14,479 nt of DNA, taken from positions 1 through 14,479 of the forward strand of contig JBAXOY010000081.1 in assembly GCA_037133055.1 (NCBI GenBank), read 5' to 3'. Within the stretch, counting starts at the first letter, position 1. Each line of letters starts with the position of its first letter. The notes below the pieces were generated by a model that worked only from the letters and a program-made list of their open reading frames with translations, ran no database searches and had not been told where the DNA came from. The position numbers and the translations under genes are program-made. This DNA comes from Chlamydiota bacterium (GTDB lineage: Bacteria > Auribacterota > Tritonobacteria > UBA1439). Positions 7,065 to 14,479 of the stretch are shown here, piece after piece.

Positions 7065-8849
7065 ATGGTGAAGACGAACGGTGAAAGTCGCCTGAATGCG
7101 GTGCGGGATGTCGAGGAACCCGTCTTGTTCCGGGACCTCTTCCCCTACACGGAGGTCCCGCGCGTGGAGTTCGACGGGAAATCGGTGCCGCTCGAGATCC
7201 CGCGGGACTTCTGGATCACCGACACGACGTTCCGCGACGGGCAGCAGTCGCGCCCCCCGTACTCGGTGAAACAGATCGTGGATATCTACACGATGCTGCA
7301 CGAGCTCGACGGGGGCGCCGGGCTCATACGCCAGTGCGAGTATTTTCTCTACAGCCCGCAGGACAAGGAGGCGGTGCGCCGCTGCCGTGCGCTCGGGTAC
7401 CGCTATCCGGAGGTGACCGGCTGGATCAGGGCGAAGAAGGAGGATTTTCAGCTCGTAAAGGAGATGGGGCTCAGGGAGACGGGGATCCTCACCTCCTGCT
7501 CGGACTATCACATCTTTCTCAAGCTCAACTGGACCAGGCGCCAGGCGGCGGAGAACTACCTCGGCGTGGTGCGCGCGGCCCTGGAGACGGGCGTCATCCC
7601 CCGCTGCCACCTCGAGGACATCACCCGCGCGGACTTTTACGGGTTCGTCGTGCCGTTCGTGCGGGAGCTGATGCGGCTCTCCGATGAAAGCGGCATCCCG
7701 GTCAAGGTCAGGGCGTGCGACACGCTCGGCTACGGCGTGCCGTACCCCGAGGCGACGCTCCCGAGGAGCGTGCCCCGGCTCATCCACGGGCTGCGGAACG
7801 AGGCCGGCGTGCCCCCCGAGCGGATCGAGTGGCACGGGCACAACGACTTTCACAAGGTGCTGATCAACGCCGTCTCCGCCTGGATGTACGGCTGTTCCGC
7901 CGCGAACGGCGCGCTCCTCGGCTTCGGCGAGCGGACGGGGAATCCCCCGCTCGAGGGCCTCGTGATGGAGTTTCTCTCCCTGCGCGGGCGCCCGGAGGGC
8001 GTGGACACCACGGTGATCACGAAGATCGCCCGCTATTTTCAGGACGAGATCGGGGCGCAGATATCCCCGAACTACCCGTTCGTCGGGCTCGATTTCAACA
8101 CCACCCGCGCCGGCATTCACGCCGACGGCGTCCTCAAGGACGAGGAGATCTACAACGCGTTCGACACGGTGAAACTTCTCAAACGGCCGGTCAGGGTGAG
8201 CATCGCCGACAAGGCGGGAGTTGCGGGCATCGCCTACTGGGTCGACTCCTACCTCGGGATCGAGGGCGACCGGCGCATCGACAAGCGCGAGCCGGGGCTG
8301 ATGAAGATCAAGAAGTGGGTCGATGAGCAGTACGCCGGGCAGCGGACCACTTCGATCTCGGACGAGGAGATGCTCCACATGGCGCGCCTCCACCTGCCGC
8401 ACCTCTTCAAGTCCGATTTCGACAGGCTCAAGGCCCACGTGCGGTCCATCGCCCAGCAGCTCGTGGAGAAGGTCACTGAGCGCGACGAGGTCCGCTCCAT
8501 GGAGAGGGCCAGGATGGATCCGGCGCTCGTCCGGATGCTCGAGGACCACCCGTTCATCAAGTACCTGTACGTGACGGACACCGCGGGGAGAAAGATCACC
8601 GCGAATATCGTCAGGGCGTTCGACCAGGAGAAGTACGACGCGTACTTCGTCCCCGGGTTCGATTTCTCGAACAGGGGATGGTTCAAGGGCCCGATGAAAA
8701 CGGGCAAGACGCACGTGAGCGACTTCTACACGTCGCGTATCGACGGGGCGCTGTGCATCACCGTGTCGGCCCCGGTGCGCGCGATGGACGGGAAGATCGC
8801 CGGGGTCTTCGGCATCGATATCCTGTTCGAGGATATTGCGAAGATATAG
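7065..8849 (+). CDS. DRE-TIM metallolyase, Re-citrate synthase-like (isopropylmalate/homocitrate synthase superfamily), with C-terminal Cache/PDC-like domain
   Basis: ITDTTFRDGQQ, HGHND, GERTGN and AGIHADG motifs; GWIRA and SCSDYHIF segments typical of the Re-citrate synthase clade. The tail YVTDTAG...FSNRGWF...VSDFYTS...CITVSAPV...GVFGIDI matches a Cache-type pattern. Confidence 0.82.
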   Translation: MVKTNGESRLNAVRDVEEPVLFRDLFPYTEVPRVEFDGKSVPLEIPRDFWITDTTFRDGQQSRPPYSVKQIVDIYTMLHELDGGAGLIRQCEYFLYSPQDKEAVRRCRALGYRYPEVTGWIRAKKEDFQLVKEMGLRETGILTSCSDYHIFLKLNWTRRQAAENYLGVVRAALETGVIPRCHLEDITRADFYGFVVPFVRELMRLSDESGIPVKVRACDTLGYGVPYPEATLPRSVPRLIHGLRNEAGVPPERIEWHGHNDFHKVLINAVSAWMYGCSAANGALLGFGERTGNPPLEGLVMEFLSLRGRPEGVDTTVITKIARYFQDEIGAQISPNYPFVGLDFNTTRAGIHADGVLKDEEIYNAFDTVKLLKRPVRVSIADKAGVAGIAYWVDSYLGIEGDRRIDKREPGLMKIKKWVDEQYAGQRTTSISDEEMLHMARLHLPHLFKSDFDRLKAHVRSIAQQLVEKVTERDEVRSMERARMDPALVRMLEDHPFIKYLYVTDTAGRKITANIVRAFDQEKYDAYFVPGFDFSNRGWFKGPMKTGKTHVSDFYTSRIDGALCITVSAPVRAMDGKIAGVFGIDILFEDIAKI

Positions 8850-8858
8850 GGTGCCGCA

Positions 8859-9506
8859 GTGATCAAAACGAGACGCCGACATCTTCTTCTGCAGCGCATT
8901 CTCCAGCCCTGTTTCAGGGCGTTCTTCCACGCCTGCGCGCGCATACGGAAGCAGGGGTTCGAGAACCTTCCCGAGCCGCCCTACATCCTCTTTTCGAACC
9001 ATCTCTCCTGGTTCGATCCCCCGTTCGTGGTGTGCTTCATGCCCGTCCCGGTCTATATCATGGCCATGGAGGGGCTGTTCAGGATTCCCCCGCTCGGGTT
9101 CCTGCTCAGGTGCGTCGGCGCGATCCCGGTGAGCCGCGGCAGCCTTGACCGCCGGGCGATCGAGGAGGCGACCGCGGTGCTCTCAAGGGGCGGCGTCCTC
9201 CTCATCTTCCCCGAGGGCGGCATCCAGCGCCTCGATAAGGGGGATGCGCTCAGGCCGGGTTTGAGTCTCATTGCGCAGAGGACGAACGTGCCGATTGTCC
9301 CGGTCGGCATCGCCGAATGCAGGGACCTCTATCGTCCCCTGAAGATGTTGCGGAGGGGCGTGCAGCTCACCATCCGCGTGGGGAAGCCGTTCATGCTGTC
9401 CTCGGTGTCCCACCTGCCGGGGAAAAAGATGCGGAAGGCGGTGATGGAGCGCGTCAAGAAAGATCTCTGCACCCTGACGAGGGAGGCGGCGCTCCGTTCG
9501 CCGTGA
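8859..9506 (+). CDS. plsC: Lysophospholipid acyltransferase family protein (1-acyl-sn-glycerol-3-phosphate acyltransferase-like)
   Basis: NHLSWFD (HX4D), GAIPVSR, IFPEG and PIVPVGI blocks. Confidence 0.88.
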   Translation: MIKTRRRHLLLQRILQPCFRAFFHACARIRKQGFENLPEPPYILFSNHLSWFDPPFVVCFMPVPVYIMAMEGLFRIPPLGFLLRCVGAIPVSRGSLDRRAIEEATAVLSRGGVLLIFPEGGIQRLDKGDALRPGLSLIAQRTNVPIVPVGIAECRDLYRPLKMLRRGVQLTIRVGKPFMLSSVSHLPGKKMRKAVMERVKKDLCTLTREAALRSP

Positions 9507-9510
9507 GTGG

Positions 9511-11304
9511 ATGAACATCAAGGTATCGTTCAACCTGAAGCTCCTCATCCTCACCGCCGGACTTCTGCTCGTCCTCGCCATCCTCATCTTCAAAGCCATC
9601 ATGATCCGCCAGAAACAGCTCAACTGGCTGCAGAACCTCAACCGCCAGGTCGCTCCGGACGGGAACGAGGCCGCCGGAAAATTCCCCGCGGGCGCGGCGT
9701 CCCTCCCCGCGGTATCGTTCGACGCCCCCGAGGCGGAGTCGACTCCCACCCCGCCGAAGCCGAAGGAAGAGAGCGAGATCGACCGCGCGATCGCGAAGGT
9801 TTGCGACGCGCTTGACGGGCTCTCGGACTACGACCCCGCGAAGCGCGCCGCGGCCGAGGAGGTTTTTTGCACTCGGTTTGAATCCCTCATTCAGAAATGC
9901 GCGCTCGCCGAGAGGAGCGGCCAGTCGAGCGATATCATGAGGAAGATCGAGGCGCTTTTCCAGAAGATGGCATGCCTCGGTTACCCGTACCACTTCCAGC
10001 AGAGCCGGGGGAAGGACCAGTTCATTGAGCGCCTCTCCGCGGAATGGTCGAAGCTTCCCTACGTGAGCCGGTGGGCCTATCTCAGAATGCTGGGCATCGT
10101 GGGAGGGGACAAGGCGCGGGCAGCGCTTCGACTCGCCATGGTCGAAGGGGTGTTCGAAGACGAGGCCGCGATCGCGCTTCTCAGGGCGGGTGACGCGGAG
10201 TCGCTCCCCATCTTGATCGACTATATCGCGCGCGGCCGTATCAAGGGCGACCGCTACCAGGAGATCAAGATGGTGGTGCGGCGCACCGACAATCCAAGGG
10301 TGATGGAAGGCCTGATCGGATTCCTCGACCGCACCGATCCCAGCATATGTTCCGCGGCGCTGCTCCTCATTGAGGATTACGCGAGCCAGTCGCGGACGGC
10401 GCCGAAGGAGACAAGCCCCTCCGACAAGCGGCTCAAGCAGAAATGGGCGCAGTGGTGGAGCGAGGCCCGCGGCGCCTACCGTCCGACTCCCGAGGACGAG
10501 CGGGGGCTCGTCGCCCTGAGCCTTGTCACCGGGTTCGACATGCTGCCGAAGGGCGGCCAGTTTGACCGGTCGCGCTTCATGGCGTTGAGCGAGGAGATCG
10601 ATTCGTGCTGCCGTGACCTGGCGTCCCTGGAACTCCCGATCCATCGCCGGGGGGAACTTGCCCTGTACCGCATTGCGCGCATCACGGTGGAAAGTTACGA
10701 CGCGGGGGACGCCTACGTTCACCAGGTGCTCGACCAGTACCTGGGCCTGATCGTCGGCGAGGTGCAGAAGATCTGCATGCGGCAGAGGTTCCCGGATTCG
10801 GCGGAACGGACCGCGCATCTCAAATGGGCCGAGGGATGGATGGAGAAGGGCAAGCTCCCCGCGGTTGTTTTCCTGATACGGATGTCGGGGATCTACGGGG
10901 ACAAGGGCACCGCGACCACGCTGCTGCGCTATGCGCAGTCGTGGGTCTCCGAGATGCGGAGGGCCGCGGTGATCTCGATGGGGCTGCTCGGCGCCCCGCA
11001 GGTCACCGACGAACTGGCGAAGATGCTCTCCGCGAAGGAGATCTCCTGGGAGGAGGGGGAGAGGATGGTGGTCGGCCTCGAGCGCATCGGCGACGAAAAG
11101 GCGGTCGAGACGCTGGTCGATGTCCTGCGCAAATCGAAATCCGTCCTCGCCTACCAGGCGTACGTTTCCCTGAGGAAGTTCCGGGGCGAGTCCTCCATTC
11201 AGATCTCCCTCGAGGAGTTCGAGCAGAGGAGGGAAGGGCTGATCGCGGATTACGATGTCTGGCTGAAGGCCCTTAAGGGGAAGAAGCGGCGGGAGGGGCG
11301 CTGA
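9511..11304 (+). CDS. Hypothetical membrane-anchored HEAT-repeat protein
   Basis: 597-aa ORF tightly packed between neighbours; N-terminal hydrophobic helix, Pro/Ala-rich linker, HEAT-like units (RRAAVISMGLLG, GLERIGDEKAVETLVDVL). Confidence 0.75.
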   Translation: MNIKVSFNLKLLILTAGLLLVLAILIFKAIMIRQKQLNWLQNLNRQVAPDGNEAAGKFPAGAASLPAVSFDAPEAESTPTPPKPKEESEIDRAIAKVCDALDGLSDYDPAKRAAAEEVFCTRFESLIQKCALAERSGQSSDIMRKIEALFQKMACLGYPYHFQQSRGKDQFIERLSAEWSKLPYVSRWAYLRMLGIVGGDKARAALRLAMVEGVFEDEAAIALLRAGDAESLPILIDYIARGRIKGDRYQEIKMVVRRTDNPRVMEGLIGFLDRTDPSICSAALLLIEDYASQSRTAPKETSPSDKRLKQKWAQWWSEARGAYRPTPEDERGLVALSLVTGFDMLPKGGQFDRSRFMALSEEIDSCCRDLASLELPIHRRGELALYRIARITVESYDAGDAYVHQVLDQYLGLIVGEVQKICMRQRFPDSAERTAHLKWAEGWMEKGKLPAVVFLIRMSGIYGDKGTATTLLRYAQSWVSEMRRAAVISMGLLGAPQVTDELAKMLSAKEISWEEGERMVVGLERIGDEKAVETLVDVLRKSKSVLAYQAYVSLRKFRGESSIQISLEEFEQRREGLIADYDVWLKALKGKKRREGR

Positions 11305-11368
11305 CGCCGCGTATGGTGGTGCCGGTACGAATTGCGTACCCGGTTTCTCAACCAGTGGAGGAGATGTC

Positions 11369-12106
11369 ATGGCGACAAAAATGGAAGCGGTGATTTTCGA
11401 CAACGACAACACCATCGCAAAGATCTACCCGAACCCCAAGGTGTACTGGAAGGACGTGTTCGTGAAGACCGTCGAGGAGTGCGGCGGCTCCATCCCCAAG
11501 GGCAAGGAGGAGGAGTACATGCTCTCCTACTTCACGAACAAGGGGTTCCTGGATAAACTCGAAACGATCGGATTGAAGACCACCTGGTCCCATTTTCAGA
11601 AGATGAAGGGCGTCGTGGATGAGCGGGAGCGTGTCCGGTACATCCGCTCCGGCCATTCGAAGCTCTTCCCCGACGCGGTGAAACTCATGCGCGAGCTCCA
11701 CGAGATGAAGATCAAGTACGCCGTTGCGACGTTCACGACGAAGACCGTGGTCCTCGAGGCGTTCACGCAGATCCCGGGGCTTCACCCGCCGGACGCGTTC
11801 TTCGACTGGAACGACTCGCTGAGGGACAAGCTTGAGAAACCCAATCCCCGGATCGCGAAGATCGTCCTCGACAAGCTGAGGGTTTCCCCGAAGAAGGCGA
11901 TGATGGTCGGCGACCGTCTCACCGACATCCAGATGGGCAACATGGCGGGGATGTGGACGGCGCTCGTGAAGCGGAAGGCGGAGGACGGGGCCCTGGTGGA
12001 CCAGATGGAGCGCGAGATCGAGACGGCACGGCGGGACCCCGAGACCTCGCACATCGTGCCCGATTACCAGGTGACGGATCTCTCGCAGATACGTGACATC
12101 CTGTGA
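11369..12106 (+). CDS. HAD-superfamily hydrolase (phosphoglycolate phosphatase-like, subfamily IA)
   Basis: Motif I IFDNDNT, motif II VATFT, motif III EKPNP, motif IV MVGDRLTD; GGAGG RBS. Confidence 0.92.
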   Translation: MATKMEAVIFDNDNTIAKIYPNPKVYWKDVFVKTVEECGGSIPKGKEEEYMLSYFTNKGFLDKLETIGLKTTWSHFQKMKGVVDERERVRYIRSGHSKLFPDAVKLMRELHEMKIKYAVATFTTKTVVLEAFTQIPGLHPPDAFFDWNDSLRDKLEKPNPRIAKIVLDKLRVSPKKAMMVGDRLTDIQMGNMAGMWTALVKRKAEDGALVDQMEREIETARRDPETSHIVPDYQVTDLSQIRDIL

Positions 12107-12146
12107 CGCGGCCGCGCGGCGCGGAAAACTACCCGGAAAGGCTGCC

Positions 12147-12719
12147 ATGAACCTGAAAGAGCAGGAAGACCTTCTGGTGAAGGTGGAGAAGGCGAAGGAG
12201 CAGATCGCGAAACTGCGCAAGCAGCAGGCGGATCTCGAGCGGGAGAAGACCGAGCTCGAGGACCTCGAGCACAGGCAGGAGGAATGGTACCGGGGGAAGA
12301 AGGAGCTCTCCGACGCCCTTGTGAAGGCCCTCGCCGTCCTCGAGAACGAGGAGTCCGAGGTGACCCGCCTTGCCGCGCTTGTGAAGGATGCCCGGGGAAA
12401 TTTCGCCAAGACCCTCGAACAGCTTGCCGGGATCAGGGAGGACCGCTGGACGCCCGCGACGCTGAAAGACGACCTGAACCGTGCGCTCATCCTCCTCCAG
12501 CGCGGGCGGACGGAATTGAGCGAGGCGAAAGCCCGCGTCCCCGCGCTCGAGGGGAGGCCGCGGGACGAGGAGCGGCCGGAGCTCGATCTGGGCGGAGAGG
12601 GGATCGCGGCGCGGGCGCCCGGCCTACGCGCGGGAGAGCTGCTCAGGATCGGCTTCTGGCTCGCCCTCCCGGCGGCGGTGATGGCGGCCGTCCTCGGCGC
12701 TCTGCTGGCGCTGATGTAG
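12147..12719 (+). CDS. Hypothetical coiled-coil protein with C-terminal transmembrane anchor
   Basis: E/K/L-rich heptad pattern and a hydrophobic C-terminal helix; ATG 12147 avoids overlap with the HAD gene. Confidence 0.8.
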   Translation: MNLKEQEDLLVKVEKAKEQIAKLRKQQADLEREKTELEDLEHRQEEWYRGKKELSDALVKALAVLENEESEVTRLAALVKDARGNFAKTLEQLAGIREDRWTPATLKDDLNRALILLQRGRTELSEAKARVPALEGRPRDEERPELDLGGEGIAARAPGLRAGELLRIGFWLALPAAVMAAVLGALLALM

Positions 12720-12742
12720 GACTGCCTGGAAAATGTTTTCTC

Positions 12743-12781
12743 TCCCTCCCCCTTCGAAGGGGGAGGGAAGGGTGGGGGTGA
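12743..12781. repeat. Perfect 26-bp palindrome with G-rich tail (REP-like extragenic element)
   Basis: TCCCTCCCCCTTCGAAGGGGGAGGGA (12743-12768) followed by AGGGTGGGGGTGA. Confidence 0.8.
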
Positions 12782-12792
12782 GCGTACACGTC

Positions 12793-13146
12793 ATGAAATG
12801 GCCATTCGGTTCCCGGCGCCGCATCGTCTCCCATCATATCGGGGAGGTCGACGGCCGCCTTTCGGAGATCAGCCGGGAGATCCGCCGCCTCGACCGCTTC
12901 ATCGCCATGCCGAAGCCGGAGAAGAATCGCGACAAGGTCACCGTCGCGCGGCTCCTGGGTCCCACCGTCATGCCCGACTCCAAGAAGCGCTTCGTGAGCT
13001 ACCTGAGCACGGGGAGCTTCCAGACGATCGGCTTGCGCAAGCACGAGCAGCGCGCCGCCAGGATAAAAGCGGGAATCGTGATGGTTGTCATCATCCTCGC
13101 CGCCTTTTTCCTGACCTACACCTTCGTCGTCCCCCTCTTCCGGTAG
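12793..13146 (+). CDS. Small hypothetical protein with C-terminal transmembrane helix
   Basis: GC-rich codon usage like its neighbours, short coiled coil, FVSYLSTGSF segment, hydrophobic C-terminus. The 12733 start would run through the palindrome. Confidence 0.75.
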   Translation: MKWPFGSRRRIVSHHIGEVDGRLSEISREIRRLDRFIAMPKPEKNRDKVTVARLLGPTVMPDSKKRFVSYLSTGSFQTIGLRKHEQRAARIKAGIVMVVIILAAFFLTYTFVVPLFR

Positions 13147-13178
13147 TCCCCGCAGTCCCGCCTCTTTATTCTTGTCCC

Positions 13179-13247
13179 GTAGGGCAGGCTTCAGCCTGTC
13201 CGTCAGTTTCAACACACTAGTATCTATAGAGCGGGCTTCAGCCCCCC
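13179..13247 (+). repeat. Two GTAG-type REP elements (one degenerate)
   Basis: GTAG-GGCAGGCT-TC-AGCCTGTCC (13179-13201) and ATAG-AGCGGGCT-TC-AGCCCCC (from 13226). Confidence 0.7.
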
Positions 13248-13362
13248 CGGCACAATAAAAAGTAACCACGTATGAACTAGGGCGGGATGTTGGTCGCGGA
13301 TCGAAAAAATAAGCGGCTGATACTGAGCCGAAGACGCAGGATTAGTTCGCTTGATTGAAAGG

Positions 13363-13605
13363 TTAGAACAATTCTTTTATTAAAGAGCTTTTATCCCCAC
13401 TCTTAATATGAGAAGCAATGTCAGATAAAATGCCACTTAGCGTTCCGATTTTAAGATATTTATGGGAGGGGATAGTAATGTGATGTTCTCCCTGCAACTG
13501 GGTTGTTAAACGTATGTGACTACCGCATTGACGAGTTATCTGGTATCCGTATTTTTTAAGGAGTTTTGCAAGCTCTTCACCGCTGATTTCTCTGGGAATC
13601 TTCAT
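13363..13605 (-). CDS. hicA: HicA-family type II toxin (mRNA interferase)
   Basis: 80 aa, basic; G(Y/F)..RQ.GSH, ITIP.H and GTL..IL signatures. Confidence 0.92.
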   Translation of the reverse strand: MKIPREISGEELAKLLKKYGYQITRQCGSHIRLTTQLQGEHHITIPSHKYLKIGTLSGILSDIASHIKSGDKSSLIKELF

Positions 13606-13817
13606 ATAGCCATGACTTCGTCTTTCACCATATGAAGCCGTGCTATGTGAGGAAGGGCTTTCTCATCGAAATGACACTTGACGGCTTCTATGATATTTTT
13701 CTTTAATGCATCCATAGTTTCACCTTCAGTGTAGATGGAATAGCCTAACGCTTTTGCCGTAAAACCGCCTTCATCAGAGTTTTCAATGGTAAAAATAATT
13801 TCGCTCATGTCGCTCAT
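13602..13817 (-). CDS. hicB: Short HicB-family antitoxin (RNase H-like domain only)
   Basis: Acidic; EGGFTA...IYTEGET...NIIEAV pattern; ATGA overlap with hicA; AGGAGG 5 nt before ATG 13817 (alternative starts 13832, 13808). Confidence 0.82.
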   Translation of the reverse strand: MSDMSEIIFTIENSDEGGFTAKALGYSIYTEGETMDALKKNIIEAVKCHFDEKALPHIARLHMVKDEVMAI

Positions 13818-13914
13818 GGTTTCCTCCTTCATCGGAGAAATGTAGCATATTTTATTGGGTTTCTCGAGTAATTTTCGTCCCCGAAGCCGCCATCTAAACC
13901 ACTGTCTAAACCGC

Positions 13915-13943
13915 TTGCGAAACGGCCCCTTTTATCATATAGT
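13915..13943 (+). promoter_or_regulatory. Candidate sigma70 promoter upstream of tRNA-Val
   Basis: TTGCGA (13915-13920), 17 bp, TATAGT (13938-13943). Confidence 0.5.
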
Positions 13944-14077
13944 TACCCCGAATTACGCGGGCGGTTTTCCCAGTATGAACCGGTTCTGCCCCCTCCGATG
14001 CGGGAGTGGGGGTTATACTACAACTGAGTACTGGTTTCTGGGGCCCTGTAGCAGATGTATCCTTCCTTTGAAGATTG

Positions 14078-14154
14078 GGGCGATTAGCTCAGTTGGCTAG
14101 AGCGCTTGCTCGACACGCAAGAGGTCACAGGTTCGAATCCTGTATCGCCCACCA
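14078..14154 (+). tRNA. tRNA-Val(GAC)
   Basis: Acceptor stem GGGCGAT/ATCGCCC, discriminator A, encoded CCA; D arm GCTC/GAGC; anticodon arm CTTGC-TCGACAC-GCAAG; T loop TTCGAAT. Confidence 0.97.
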
Positions 14155-14479
14155 TCAAAAAAGGCGGTAAGTCAATGCACCCGTTAGAGTTAGCCCTCGA
14201 AGTAGTGCGCGAAAAGTCCACAAAAAGGATGAATGAAAAAGCGGATATTTTCTTGCACTCACTTCTGCACACCAGAGAGGGCCGGAGACTCCGCCGGCTC
14301 GTGCTCCCCAGGATCGCAAAAGGGATCGGAGCCCACGAGCCTCTCGGGTAGACACCCAGGCCGCCCGCGCGGCCAGAGCGACTTCCTTGAGCCCGCGGAG
14401 CTAAATCGGATCGTGGGTCTCCCAGACCGACGGACGAAGGAAGGGCTACGGGATTACGCGGTACTTGTACTGCTGGCAA

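Noticed and set aside
1476..12490. Long antisense and alternate-frame ORFs (601, 638, 683, 653, 404, 380 aa and others)
   Set aside because: Shadow ORFs expected from GC-rich codon bias opposite or within well-supported genes.
13855..14479. ORFs 13855-14100, 14084-14479, 14106-14351 and 14155-14355
   Set aside because: They overlap the tRNA or its flanks and show no recognisable protein features.

Overview
GC-rich bacterial window in three parts. (1) 1-1262 is a nest of decayed mobile elements. An ORF-less group IIC intron (3' end at 955) is interrupted near its 5' end by a probable IS right end at CTAG 51-54. It is also interrupted in its EBS1 stem-loop by a 225-bp IS21-like miniature element (TGT...ACA ends, 5-bp ATATC duplication). 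A second, diverged copy of that element lies just upstream of priA, and both copies carry a sigma54 -24/-12 motif at the same offset. (2) 1284-13146 is a co-directional housekeeping block: priA, sdhC, sdhD, sdhA (one in-frame TAA), sdhB, a Re-citrate-synthase-like DRE-TIM enzyme with a C-terminal Cache/PDC-like extension, a PlsC-family acyltransferase, a membrane-anchored HEAT-repeat protein, a HAD hydrolase and two small membrane-anchored hypotheticals. Several spacers hold palindromic repeats. (3) 13147-14479 holds GTAG-type REPs, an AT-rich hicB-hicA pair on the minus strand and tRNA-Val(GAC) with C at position 33. No complete novel multi-gene system is demonstrable. The best new lead is the sigma54-motif-carrying IS21-like miniature element family. 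All family assignments are from motif recognition by eye, not database searches.
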